A stretch of DNA of 64,000 bases. Origin: Bdellovibrionales bacterium. GTDB lineage: Bacteria; Bdellovibrionota; Bdellovibrionia; Bdellovibrionales; UBA1609. The stretch covers positions 1-64,000 of the forward strand of contig DAHVQG010000008.1 of NCBI GenBank assembly GCA_027317865.1, read 5' to 3'. Below are positions 8,530-18,713 of the stretch, one piece after another. A model generated the notes under the pieces. That model was not told the DNA's origin. It saw nothing but the letters and a program-made list of their open reading frames with translations, and ran no database searches. Each line of letters opens with the position of its first letter. The stretch's first letter is position 1. A program made the translations under genes and the position numbers.

Positions 8530-11384
8530 TGTGACAAATCCTGTTTATAAAAATCCTGTATTTGCGAACCGGAGTTGTTTTGGGTCGTGGTCGGTTGCGT
8601 GCCCGCAACAAACGCCTGGCGCGCAACAGCTCGAGATCGCGGAGTGGCGAGAAGTCCGGTCTTGTCGTCGATATTGGCAAAGACTATGCCGCTTGGAACT
8701 TTAAAATCTCGAACCGGCTTGCCTTTTTCTATGCGTTTCATATACGAAACCCAAATTGGAAGCGCTGCATGCGCACCCACTTCACCGCGCCCGAGCGACT
8801 GCTCTTGATCGTAACCAACCCAAACTCCAGCCGTCGTGTCGGGCGTATAACCCATAAACCACCCATCGACAAAATCATTCGATGTTCCCGTTTTACCGGC
8901 CACCGGGCGCCCCAAAACGCGCGCTCCCATACCGGTGCCATGTTTTACAACTCCTTCGAGCAAATTCGTTATGACATAAGCCGTTTGCGGTTTAATTAAT
9001 TGATTTGGGTCCTTAAAAAATATTGGCGGCTCAGTGGCCGGATTGATCATGGTTGCTTTCGTATTTGCCGAATTATTTGCGGCATTCGTATTGTTTGAGC
9101 TTTGCGCCAGAGCATTTGTCGAACCCGGTGCCGATTGGGCGCCCGTCGCATTTTGCTCGGCAAGACTTGTGTTGTACGCAACCACCGCTTGCTCTGCAGC
9201 GGTCAATGCGGCCGCCGGCTTCTGCCCCGCCGCGAGGGCCTGTTGATACGCAAGATATGCAACTCGGCGACGTGCAAATTCTTCTTTGTATGGCTTTTCT
9301 TGAGCTGCAAATTTCTCTCCCATATAAACGGTGCCCAATATTGTTTTGCCATTCTTATCCACGACCTTATCGATTAAAATCGGGCGGACTCGGCGCCCCA
9401 AGTTATCAAGTTCGGAGTAGACCTTTGTCATTTCATAAAGCGTAATGCTACTTGAACCAAGCACGAGCGTGTAATCGTGGTTCAGCGGACTGAAAATTCC
9501 GAGCCTTCGCGCATAATCAACGGCAAGTGGTATCCCAATTTTTTTCAAAATTTTGACACTTGGCACGTTGAGCGAATTGATAAGAGCATCACGAAATAAA
9601 ACATCGCCTAAAAAGTGCTGGGTGTCGTCCGTTGGCGACCAGCGATCCGTGACCATTTCGTCAATGTCACCGTCTTTGATTTTTTGTTTCTGCTCAAAAA
9701 CGACCGGAGCGTCGACGATTTGAGTCGCTGGCGTAAAACCATTATCAAGCGCGGCCGAATAAACAATCGGTTTAAAGGCTGAACCCGTTTGCCTTGAGGT
9801 TTGAATTGTTCGATTGAGTTTTGATTTCGCATAATTATATCCGCCAACCATCGTGATAATATCGCCGGTCTTCTGATCAAGAGCGAGAAGCCCCGCTTGC
9901 ACTTGTGGTTCTTGTTCGAGGTCCACGCGCGCGTAATCTCTAAAATTGGGGAGATCTTTCGGAAGCCGATAACGTCGTCCCTCGCGGCGCCGCAATGCCA
10001 TAAGTTGGTTATAAATACGCGGCGAACTAAACGTGGGCGCGACAACTTTGACCAAAACTATATCGCCTTTTTTTAAAACCTGACTGGGTTTTGTCACAAA
10101 CTTCTGGCCCCAAAAAACGTCTACAGTAGGATCGGGTTTTCTCGCCCACTGCATCGTGTTTATGCCGATTAAACCCTTTGCTTCGGCAAAGCGAACGGCA
10201 ACCAACCCCCACTTATCATCCACCTTAATGACGATGGCTTTTACAAAGTCGCCGATATGAATATATGGCGGCAAACCTTCTTTGCCGTTTTGGTACTTTG
10301 TCAGATTGAGTGGTGCTAGCTGCGGGACAGTCCCGTCGGGTTGCAAAATCTGATACGGCTGCTCTTTTTCAATTAGTTTTTTGCGCGCTCGAGCCAAAAG
10401 TTTGATCACTTTATTCGGATTTTCTTCGTGCCCGAGTGGCCCCCGATAACCCTGCCGTTTATCAAGCGCCCTTAAGCCACGCCTTAGCGCTTTTTCGCCG
10501 GCCAGTTGTTTTGGCAAGTCAAGGCCCGTGTAGACCTTTAGCCCTCCACCGAATACGGCTGACTCACCAAGCTTTGAAATAAGCATTTGTTTAACTGTAG
10601 ACAAATAATACGGCGCAGGAGTTTTAAAACCGATTTGTGTATAAATCTTGAGGGGTGTGTTGAGCGCCTTTTGCTCCTCAACTCGCGTGATCATATGATT
10701 TTTTAACATCTCGCCGAGTACATACCGCTGTCGGTCTTTGGCGAGCTTTGGGCTCACAACGGGGTTCATTTCGGAGGGCGCCTTTGGCAACCCAGCCAAT
10801 ATTGCCGCCTCGGGCAACGTAATGTCTTTAAGCGGCTTATGAAAGTATGTTTCGCACGCCATAGCGACGCCGTACGAATCTTGACCCAAGTAAATTTGAT
10901 TTAGGTACAAAAACAAAATTTGATTTTTCGTGAACCGCCGATTCATCTCCTCGGCCAAAAACATCTCTTTGATTTTTCGCGAATAGGTCTTTTTGTCGTT
11001 GAGGAGCAGCCCGCGCGCGACTTGCTGAGTGATCGTTGAGGCCCCTTGAACTTTACCGCCGGCGCGCAAATCAACGAGAGCCGCGCGCACGATCGCTTTT
11101 ACGTTGATCCCGCCGTGGTGATAAAATGTCGCGTCTTCAGCCGCGAGAAATGCGTCGACAACGACCTTGGGGATCTCCTTAAACGGGACAAGTTTGCGCC
11201 GCTCAATCGCAAACTCGCCGATTTTTGTGCCGTTTCGGTCGTAGACTCGCGTCATCAATAAAGGCTTATAATCTTTAAGCGTAAAAAGATGTGGCAGTTG
11301 TGTTTTGAGGTAAAACACATAGCCTGCAACTGATGCGACCCCGAGAAGACCCAAGACTAGAACAATGGCTATAAATTTTTTCAT
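8526..11384 (-). CDS. mrcA: Penicillin-binding protein 1A (class A bifunctional)
   Basis: N-terminal TM; transglycosylase AAEDATFYHH and GASTITQQ; transpeptidase SAFK, SLN and KTG motifs; OB-like insert. Confidence 0.93.
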   Translation of the reverse strand: MKKFIAIVLVLGLLGVASVAGYVFYLKTQLPHLFTLKDYKPLLMTRVYDRNGTKIGEFAIERRKLVPFKEIPKVVVDAFLAAEDATFYHHGGINVKAIVRAALVDLRAGGKVQGASTITQQVARGLLLNDKKTYSRKIKEMFLAEEMNRRFTKNQILFLYLNQIYLGQDSYGVAMACETYFHKPLKDITLPEAAILAGLPKAPSEMNPVVSPKLAKDRQRYVLGEMLKNHMITRVEEQKALNTPLKIYTQIGFKTPAPYYLSTVKQMLISKLGESAVFGGGLKVYTGLDLPKQLAGEKALRRGLRALDKRQGYRGPLGHEENPNKVIKLLARARKKLIEKEQPYQILQPDGTVPQLAPLNLTKYQNGKEGLPPYIHIGDFVKAIVIKVDDKWGLVAVRFAEAKGLIGINTMQWARKPDPTVDVFWGQKFVTKPSQVLKKGDIVLVKVVAPTFSSPRIYNQLMALRRREGRRYRLPKDLPNFRDYARVDLEQEPQVQAGLLALDQKTGDIITMVGGYNYAKSKLNRTIQTSRQTGSAFKPIVYSAALDNGFTPATQIVDAPVVFEQKQKIKDGDIDEMVTDRWSPTDDTQHFLGDVLFRDALINSLNVPSVKILKKIGIPLAVDYARRLGIFSPLNHDYTLVLGSSSITLYEMTKVYSELDNLGRRVRPILIDKVVDKNGKTILGTVYMGEKFAAQEKPYKEEFARRRVAYLAYQQALAAGQKPAAALTAAEQAVVAYNTSLAEQNATGAQSAPGSTNALAQSSNNTNAANNSANTKATMINPATEPPIFFKDPNQLIKPQTAYVITNLLEGVVKHGTGMGARVLGRPVAGKTGTSNDFVDGWFMGYTPDTTAGVWVGYDQEQSLGRGEVGAHAALPIWVSYMKRIEKGKPVRDFKVPSGIVFANIDDKTGLLATPRSRAVARQAFVAGTQPTTTQNNSGSQIQDFYKQDLSQ

Positions 11385-11527
11385 TCCGTAAAAAGCTCCA
11401 ATTTGAGCCTTTTAGTGTATCATTGTCGTGGGGGCACGGCCATTTGGCTTTTCGTAATTTGCGCAGTGCAATTTAAGTTTAAATCATGCCTGCATTTTAG
11501 TCGAAAAACTGGTCCCCTGCGGGGATC

Positions 11528-13162
11528 TTATTTACCGGAAGAGCCCGAAGTCGGATTTTGAGTCTGAGAAGACGTTTCGTATGGGCATGTGCTGGGACAA
11601 TTTAGATTGACCACGCCCGCCGCCGCTTTTTGGTCAAAGCAGCAATAAAATGTACTCGCATTATTGGCCTGCACCCCCGCAGCGGCACAGGCATCGATAG
11701 CGGACCTTGCATCAGTGATCGCCGTTTGGCCATACGGGAGAAAATTCTTTTTATCTTTTACTCCTCCATTTTGAGCGTGCTCGGCTTCCAGCATACTCGT
11801 ATTGGCCTGTTGAAGCGCCTGAAGATCAAGATTTAATAAACCAATTTGCGAGTCAACACCCGCGCCTTTACTAAGTGAAATCTGGCCTGCGGGGTTCAAA
11901 CCATTATATATATTTTGTTGATTCTTTTTGTCGCCTGACAAAGCCGTGTCAAGCATGTTGGTCAATTGTTGCGTCTGATTTTGCGAGCCGCCTTGCGTGC
12001 CACCAGTCAACAAGTTAAGTTCTGCGTAATCTTTTTGAACTCTCTGCATGTATTTAGACTGAATGTTTTGCAGCGCTTGACTGCACTGCTGTTGAATCTG
12101 CTGCTTTTTTTGCTGCTCTTGCTGTGGAATTAAAACCTGAGCCTGATATTGATCCTGTTGAAGTTGCGTGTTGAGAAGATTGATTTCGTTTGTAATTCCT
12201 TTAAGTTTAATTTGCGCATTAGCCCTGGCCGAATCGACCGCCATAGTATAGTCGAATTTGAGATCGCCTCCGGAGCGACATCGGTTGTAATAGCATTGGG
12301 CATCTTGCATTTCGCCGTTTTGCGTACTCAAAGTCGTATCGATACACTGATTGTTTCGACCCAAGCCATTTACTAATTGATCAAACGTCGGCGCCGATCG
12401 CGTCGCCGTCGCAATCTGTGACGCCCGTTGATTCAAGTCGCTTTGAAGTTGGGTTAGGGCATATTGCTGGCATTTATCGAGTGCAGACTGTAGACCTAGC
12501 CTTTCGCCGTCGATTACTTGCTGTTCTTTTACGTCTAACTGACTGATTTGGTATCCGATTTTAGTAATATTATTTTGAATTTTTTGGGCTTTCTTTGCGT
12601 ACTTTTGCGGGATTCCGGTATTAATCGCGTTGTTACAAGTCGTTTGTTGCTTTTGGTATTTTTTATTTCCGTCCTCAATTTGTTTTTGGATATCCGCCTG
12701 AAGGTTAATGATATCCTTTTTCTTGCTCATAATTTGTTGTTGGAGCTTATTTTCGGCGCTTTGATTTTTGCGGATATCGCGCCTGAGGCTCTTAACGCTT
12801 GTGCCGTTACCAACTGAGCAAATACTAACATCTTTTAGGCCGCCATAGCTTTGAAACAGAGCGCTTGTCTGAATATTTTTTGACAAATTAAGCTTAACCA
12901 CAGCATTCGGGTTGCTCGAGCACTGAAGAAACGCCGTTAAACACGTGCCTGCCGCTCCACAGGTCCCCCAAAACGCATTTACCGCCTTGGCGAACTTGGC
13001 TTTTGCCTGCTCGCACTGATGTTGTGGGCTGGCAAGATAATTCATATACGAATTGCCGGAAACACTGACATTTGGCTGCGACAAATTTTGCGCCCGCGCA
13101 CTCGCTGAAAACGCGCCGCTCGCAAAAACTACTGCTAAAAAAATGATCTGACTAAAGCGCAC
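11528..13162 (-). CDS. Secreted Gln/Lys-rich coiled-coil protein with Cys clusters
   Basis: Probable GTG start at 13162 after GGGG SD; signal peptide ending SASARA; long Q/K-rich helical stretches, many Cys. Confidence 0.75.
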   Translation of the reverse strand: MRFSQIIFLAVVFASGAFSASARAQNLSQPNVSVSGNSYMNYLASPQHQCEQAKAKFAKAVNAFWGTCGAAGTCLTAFLQCSSNPNAVVKLNLSKNIQTSALFQSYGGLKDVSICSVGNGTSVKSLRRDIRKNQSAENKLQQQIMSKKKDIINLQADIQKQIEDGNKKYQKQQTTCNNAINTGIPQKYAKKAQKIQNNITKIGYQISQLDVKEQQVIDGERLGLQSALDKCQQYALTQLQSDLNQRASQIATATRSAPTFDQLVNGLGRNNQCIDTTLSTQNGEMQDAQCYYNRCRSGGDLKFDYTMAVDSARANAQIKLKGITNEINLLNTQLQQDQYQAQVLIPQQEQQKKQQIQQQCSQALQNIQSKYMQRVQKDYAELNLLTGGTQGGSQNQTQQLTNMLDTALSGDKKNQQNIYNGLNPAGQISLSKGAGVDSQIGLLNLDLQALQQANTSMLEAEHAQNGGVKDKKNFLPYGQTAITDARSAIDACAAAGVQANNASTFYCCFDQKAAAGVVNLNCPSTCPYETSSQTQNPTSGSSGK

Positions 13163-13305
13163 GGATAAATCCCCTGTTTGCCTTAATTGCGACTCCTTCG
13201 CTATATGTATCGGCATTTCTCATTTTATATCGAATTTTTCTCGAAACGAAACGGTCGGCTCGTCTTTTAGCGAACTGGCGCTTTAAACGCCCCTGACAAA
13301 AATCT

Positions 13306-13322
13306 TGTTTCAAAATGAGACA
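13306..13322. promoter_or_regulatory. Palindromic site TGTTTCA-AAA-TGAGACA
   Basis: Near-perfect 17-bp inverted repeat in the intergenic region upstream of the coiled-coil gene. Confidence 0.45.
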
Positions 13323-13355
13323 CTATTAGAAAAATCAAAGCGCCCTTAAACAGCG

Positions 13356-15587
13356 TCAAAAAGGCGGTGGGTTATTAATGGTAGAACTCGAACCACCCCC
13401 GCCGAGCGGTAGTGACTCACTAAAAATCTGCTTTGAAACAATTTTGACCGAATAGCCCGAGCGGCCGCCGTTACTCACGCATGCATCAGGCGCGGCTCGG
13501 CCAATTGCTGAACTAAATTTGGGGCTGCCATGCAAGCCATAGCTCTTTGTTTGACATTTTCCAAATCGCCCAGTCGGAAAACTATAATCGGCGTAGTCAT
13601 AGTTCCCCACCCAACTTGTAAGCACATTGTAGGGATCTGTAATGTACCAAGATGCCCGCGGATTATACAGACTTGATCCCTGTGGTAACGTCATAATTGA
13701 CTGCGGCGTTGATTGGCCGGCGCCCAAAACACTTTCTCTGCCATTTGCAACGTTGACTTGATCAATTACTGAAAACTGCGAAAGAGTCGAATAATTTGTG
13801 CCATTTCGCGAACCCATATCTCCAAAAATTGCGCCGGGGCTTAACCCTAGCCGACTCGCATTGTCTTGCAAATCCGCTAAATACCGCTGCGGAAAATTCG
13901 GTTGAATCGAATAGTAGGTAATATCAAACAAATCCGGCGCAAGAGAGGCAATTTCATAAGGGCGCAGAACAGACGGAACACTGGACGGACTTCCGTGGTT
14001 ATACTGCCACGCCAGTCCATCGTTAGTTTGACCCGACCCAAAACTGGTCACGCCCACATAATCCGTGAAATTCGCCCTCAAGCTGGCTGGGAACATATTA
14101 TTGTGGATACCGACAAACGATTGATTCCAAAGTGCTGAAGCCGCACCTTGCGTGTCGCCTGGATAACGCGAATAATTCGGAGCCATCGAGAGAAGTTCGT
14201 TGTAGGTCGGAGTGCCCGTCGACGAGCCAAGGCGCGGGGGTTCATTTACGTCAAGCGGGCTGCCACTTGAGCCCTGAGCACTTTGCCCCGACTGCCACTC
14301 GGTGCCATACCACGGCCCAATTGTGCCGCCAAACGGCATCGCGTACGCGACGGCTTTAAAGGTAACGGGCTTAGAAAATGGTGAAAATAATTGGCGTGGT
14401 TTAGTTTGGGCCGAGACAGCCACGTAGGCCCAATCCCACGGATTTTTCTCTACCCCAATCGCAAGATTATTCGGATTGCTCGGCGACGGGTTACTTAATT
14501 GTTGGATGTAAGTTTGCAACTCTTGCACCGCTTGCTTGCCGAACCGGGCGTCAAGAACCTTAATTGCACTCGGCCAAGTCGGCAACAGCAGAACCGGCCG
14601 AACATTACTGGTAATGTTGTGGCCAGTTCCCTTGAAGTTTTGATATTGCAGCATAAAATAAACCTTAGTCGCAGGTAACCACGCCTGGCTGTCATTCTGA
14701 AACTGCTGCAAACCATTATATATTTGAAATGCATTTTGATCGTTTTGCTTTTTTTCTTGCAAAAAACTATCGCGATTGGTGCCAGTCAAATTTTTTAAAA
14801 ATGTTTTATAAGCGCCTTGGTAAACGCTCCCGCCAGTGGGGTCCGTGATATCAATCATCCCCGAAGAACCGGGTTGAATCGGAAGGCTCAATTCGTTAGC
14901 CAATGCACGAATAACCTTTCGCCGCTCTTTTTGCTCTTCGGCAAATGAAACCATGATCGTTGCAGCAAACCACCAGTTGTACGCCGAGTAATCGCCGGCC
15001 GTATTTTGAATTTGACCGTTAATTGACTTCGCTAAGTCTTTATAAATTCCCGCGGCCGGTACAATAACGGACAATATCGACGGAAATGGCGGAATCGGAA
15101 TGTTTTTAAAACTAAATTTTGCGGATTTGCACAAATCGTCTGTGCCGACATTCGACCAAAGGGGATAGACGACACAAAGGGGTGGAGGGGTGCGACCCCA
15201 ATAGCGCTTATTATCCGAGTAGGGCGTAGGCGGGACATTTGGATAGGGCGGGTCGCCTGGAAAATACGGCGGCCCTCCTGTGTAGAACGGTTGCAGACGG
15301 CCCATGTTGCCAAGATAATAATAGCGAAAATTAAGAAGCTTCCAGGCTTGGTGAATTTGATAGTTTGTATGCGCAATGACGTCCAAAATTTGCGCCTGCT
15401 TAGCGGCGGCGTAATACGCGGCAAGATCAACGGCGTTTTGCAAATTGATTTTGTCGTGCACAACAAGCGCCAAATTAATGGCCATGGCAAAAAAGACAAA
15501 CAAGACCTGAAATATGAGCGCCACAAATATGGCCATTTGGCCGTTTCGCCTTTTTATTGGCTGCGCAATTTTTGACAAACGAGTCAT
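13356..15587 (-). CDS. TadG-like pseudopilin/adhesin (Tad domain plus large C-terminal region)
   Basis: RRNG|QMAIFVALIF prepilin-like cleavage site, hydrophobic helix, LQNAVDLAAYYAA Tad motif. Confidence 0.8.
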   Translation of the reverse strand: MTRLSKIAQPIKRRNGQMAIFVALIFQVLFVFFAMAINLALVVHDKINLQNAVDLAAYYAAAKQAQILDVIAHTNYQIHQAWKLLNFRYYYLGNMGRLQPFYTGGPPYFPGDPPYPNVPPTPYSDNKRYWGRTPPPLCVVYPLWSNVGTDDLCKSAKFSFKNIPIPPFPSILSVIVPAAGIYKDLAKSINGQIQNTAGDYSAYNWWFAATIMVSFAEEQKERRKVIRALANELSLPIQPGSSGMIDITDPTGGSVYQGAYKTFLKNLTGTNRDSFLQEKKQNDQNAFQIYNGLQQFQNDSQAWLPATKVYFMLQYQNFKGTGHNITSNVRPVLLLPTWPSAIKVLDARFGKQAVQELQTYIQQLSNPSPSNPNNLAIGVEKNPWDWAYVAVSAQTKPRQLFSPFSKPVTFKAVAYAMPFGGTIGPWYGTEWQSGQSAQGSSGSPLDVNEPPRLGSSTGTPTYNELLSMAPNYSRYPGDTQGAASALWNQSFVGIHNNMFPASLRANFTDYVGVTSFGSGQTNDGLAWQYNHGSPSSVPSVLRPYEIASLAPDLFDITYYSIQPNFPQRYLADLQDNASRLGLSPGAIFGDMGSRNGTNYSTLSQFSVIDQVNVANGRESVLGAGQSTPQSIMTLPQGSSLYNPRASWYITDPYNVLTSWVGNYDYADYSFPTGRFGKCQTKSYGLHGSPKFSSAIGRAAPDACVSNGGRSGYSVKIVSKQIFSESLPLGGGGSSSTINNPPPF

Positions 15588-15660
15588 CTTGGCCGCACAC
15601 TTTTAAAAATAGTTTCTGCGAGAGATTTTATTTTAATCAATTTTAGCAAAAGGCGAACTC

Positions 15661-16551
15661 ATGAAACGAACCCGCCAGCACATGGTCTTGCTTTCAAGCA
15701 TTGTTTTTCTGTTTGTTGCGCTCATTTTACCCGCGCAAAGCTCGTACGCGCTCAAACCCACTTTTGAAGCTTATCAAAAAGTGCTACTCGGGCACGTCCA
15801 CGCCGGGTTCGCCATTCAACGCTATACTTTCGACCCGAAACATAAAATCGTAACTTCGATATCATACACCTATGTCAAAGCCGGCAGCCACGAAACCATT
15901 GAAAGTATCGTTGCAAAATCGGATTTCAATTTTGACCCCATCAGTTACCAGTATACGGCTCTCGTCGACGGCAAACCCGTAATCATCGACGCGCATTTTG
16001 CGAACGACAAAATGACCGCGATCAAGATAGTTGGTAAAAAGCGAACCCGAATCAAAGCCAACGTGCCCTCCACAATCAAAATCGTTGGCAAAAAAAGAGA
16101 GCGAATTACCTATGGTTTTTTGTCTTCGTTTTTGAATTACGATCTTCTTGCGCCGGTCAATGGCGGGCTTTCTGTGGGTAAAGAGTTTAAATTTTATGCT
16201 TTAGCCGAAGAGACAGCTAAATTTATTGAAGGCACCGCTGAGGTACTGGCAAAGGTAAAATACAAAGGTGTTCCGGCGTTCAAAATTAAATTTAGCTATC
16301 CTGACCGGTCGAGATATAATCACAATTTGGATCCCGATTCGACTCCGTCCGGCATGGATCCGATCCACTTTATAGCTTACCTATCTTACAAAGGCGAAGC
16401 TCTCGGCACAGACTCACCGGCGCAAAATGCCAGAACAGTGATTGCGTCAAAAGCGTCAGCCATAAAAGGCCTTACTTTCAACGCCGCTCAAGTCAGAAAA
16501 TTATTTGGCAACATCCCGGCCGGTGTAGCCAATCAGGTATACGGCCCGTAA
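15661..16551 (+). CDS. Secreted hypothetical protein
   Basis: Signal peptide ending SYA; beta-rich and Lys-rich; internal IKIVGKKRxRI duplication. Confidence 0.75.
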   Translation: MKRTRQHMVLLSSIVFLFVALILPAQSSYALKPTFEAYQKVLLGHVHAGFAIQRYTFDPKHKIVTSISYTYVKAGSHETIESIVAKSDFNFDPISYQYTALVDGKPVIIDAHFANDKMTAIKIVGKKRTRIKANVPSTIKIVGKKRERITYGFLSSFLNYDLLAPVNGGLSVGKEFKFYALAEETAKFIEGTAEVLAKVKYKGVPAFKIKFSYPDRSRYNHNLDPDSTPSGMDPIHFIAYLSYKGEALGTDSPAQNARTVIASKASAIKGLTFNAAQVRKLFGNIPAGVANQVYGP

Positions 16552-16656
16552 AAATGTTAAACCAAAGCCCAGCAATGATGCGGTCGGCTTTGAACACGGA
16601 CCAATTCGTGGTGAAATTGTAATATTACAACCCGCCGCACGTTCGTTGGAGTCAAT

Positions 16657-17763
16657 ATGAGCATTTCAGTCGGTCAGCTTTTTTTTGTTGGAATTCAAGG
16701 CCCGGCATTATCGCCAGCCGAAGCTGACTTTCTCGTGAAAAACGACATTGGCGGGGTCGTTCTTTTCGCCCGAAATCTGACCTCGCCTCAAGAATTACAT
16801 AAACTCTGTGGCGATATTCAAAATTTACGCTCTAAAACAGTTTCAAAAGCACCATTTTTTATCGCAATTGATATGGAGGGCGGTCGCGTTCATCGCCTCA
16901 AACCCCCGTTTACGCAGTGGCCGTCTCTGGCCAAAGTTTCAAATCTTGACTCCACTTCAATGGCTTTTAAATTTGCCAATATGATGGCCGAGGAGTTGCG
17001 TGCCGTCGGCATCAATTTGGACTTCGCCCCTTGCGTGGACGTTCTCACCAATCCTGATAACAAATTAATCGGCGATCGCTCGCTCGGATCAGATCCTGAA
17101 CAAGTGGCAAAAATGGCTTCAGCTCTTGTGCGTGGATACATCAAGGGTGGCGTCATTGCTTGCGCCAAACATTTTCCAGGTCACGGCAACACAATAGTCG
17201 ACAGCCATGAAGAATTGCCTGTCGATTCAGTAGATCCGCATACTCTTGAGTCGCGCGAACTGGTCCCGTTTAAAAAAGTTTTTCGCTCTCGAATCGACAT
17301 GGTTATGACCGCGCATATTAAATACGAAAAAATTGACCCTGAAAATCCGGCTACACTTTCGCCGATAATTTTACAAAAAATTCTACGCGAAGGTTTGCGC
17401 TACCGCGGTCTTGTCATTTCAGACGACCTCGATATGAAAGCTCTGGCCAAATATCACTCACGCGAAGAAATAGCGGTTCAAGCTCTAAAGGCAGGATGCG
17501 ATATGCTTCTTTATTGTAACGACCCCTCCAGTCCGCCGATTGCACTTGAATCCGTGCGTAAAGCGCTCGCCGACGGGCGGCTGTCTGAGCCTCTACTTAC
17601 CGAATCACTTCATCGCGTGGCTGCCCTCAAAAAAGAATCGCTGTCAAGTTGTCTGCCCCTGCCAATGAGCGACGCCTCAAAGGTGATCGGTCACCCCGAG
17701 CACTTAAGAGTTGCAAAGGCCATTAACGATGGGGTCATCCCTGAGGATTTACGAAATACTTAA
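16657..17763 (+). CDS. nagZ: Beta-N-acetylhexosaminidase (GH3)
   Basis: GGVVLFARN, IDMEGGRVHR, KHFPGHGNTIVDSH and ISDDLDMKA motifs. Confidence 0.92.
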   Translation: MSISVGQLFFVGIQGPALSPAEADFLVKNDIGGVVLFARNLTSPQELHKLCGDIQNLRSKTVSKAPFFIAIDMEGGRVHRLKPPFTQWPSLAKVSNLDSTSMAFKFANMMAEELRAVGINLDFAPCVDVLTNPDNKLIGDRSLGSDPEQVAKMASALVRGYIKGGVIACAKHFPGHGNTIVDSHEELPVDSVDPHTLESRELVPFKKVFRSRIDMVMTAHIKYEKIDPENPATLSPIILQKILREGLRYRGLVISDDLDMKALAKYHSREEIAVQALKAGCDMLLYCNDPSSPPIALESVRKALADGRLSEPLLTESLHRVAALKKESLSSCLPLPMSDASKVIGHPEHLRVAKAINDGVIPEDLRNT

Positions 17764-17863
17764 ATATGAGCGCAAAATCGTCACACTGATTATCGAATTT
17801 TCATATGTGACCATCGCACACATTTGTCACAACTAATTAGGCCCTCGATCGCTGATCATCTCG

Positions 17864-17879
17864 TTGGCTTTAAAATTGC
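17864..17879 (+). promoter_or_regulatory. Putative sigma54 -24/-12 promoter for the TonB gene
   Basis: TTGGCTTTAAAATTGC, exact GG-N10-GC spacing, about 40 nt upstream of the GGAGG SD/GTG start. Confidence 0.5.
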
Positions 17880-17918
17880 CTTGTTTTTGGTATTTAGAAC
17901 CACCCCCCGGAGGACTTT

Positions 17919-18713
17919 GTGAATAGTCGTGAATCAAACTGGCGCACAAACTTGAGCTTTATTAGCTCACTTTTTTTACATGCTGGAGCAATCGCAATGA
18001 TCGCGCTTGGCCCAACCTATCTTTCAACCCACGGGATGTATTTAGGAGCAAAAAACTCAAAAAGCGATTCTCAAACCGTGGCAATGACGATTGAAGATAC
18101 AAAACCCGCGACACCGATTGTTGTCGCCCGCCGAGCTGCACCTAAAGCCGCGACCATTATGATGGCAAAACCTTTAATGGCGAAGTCGAAAGCGAAGCCT
18201 ATTTCGGTAGTAAAACATGTTGCGCGAAAAGTTCTGGCAAAGAAAACGCCAGCTTTTGTTGCCGCGAAAAAGCCAATGAAAAAACCAGCACAAAAAATCG
18301 CGCCAAAACCTATTGCCGTAATAGCTCAAAAACCGGTTGTTAAAAATCCTGCTGCTGCGCCGGCACCTCTTGGTTCACCCACATCAACTATAAAAGTGAC
18401 CCAAAATTATCTCGGCCTTCGTCAACTGCCCGGCAACAAACCGCCGGCATATACAGAACAAATGCGACTCGATCATATGCAGGGCAGCGGTCAGCTTGTC
18501 TATTTTGTAAACAAAAACGGTACGGTTAGCGATATCCGGTTAACTAAGTCAACGGGTTACCCGGAACTTGACCAAGCGGCCATACAAGCATTTTCAAAAT
18601 ATCGCTTTTACCCCGGGCAAGAAGGATATACCGTTCACAACTTTGAATTTGTGCTTCAAGGTCCAGCCGTCACCGTTGGCGGCGGCCTTCGCACGACAAT
18701 GAATGGAAATTAA
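17919..18713 (+). CDS. tonB: Energy transducer TonB family protein
   Basis: TM with SLFLH (SxxxH) motif, K/P/A-rich linker, C-terminal TonB domain (PPAY...STGYPELDQAA...YRFYP). Confidence 0.85.
   Translation: MNSRESNWRTNLSFISSLFLHAGAIAMIALGPTYLSTHGMYLGAKNSKSDSQTVAMTIEDTKPATPIVVARRAAPKAATIMMAKPLMAKSKAKPISVVKHVARKVLAKKTPAFVAAKKPMKKPAQKIAPKPIAVIAQKPVVKNPAAAPAPLGSPTSTIKVTQNYLGLRQLPGNKPPAYTEQMRLDHMQGSGQLVYFVNKNGTVSDIRLTKSTGYPELDQAAIQAFSKYRFYPGQEGYTVHNFEFVLQGPAVTVGGGLRTTMNGN

Noticed and set aside
11480-11507. Plus-strand sigma28-like element TAAA-N16-GTCGAAAA
   Set aside because: Spacing and -10 are off consensus, and it would fire antisense into a gene end
16564-16591. AAAGCC...GGCTTT hairpin as a terminator
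   Set aside because: Short stem, long loop and weak U-tract; insufficient support
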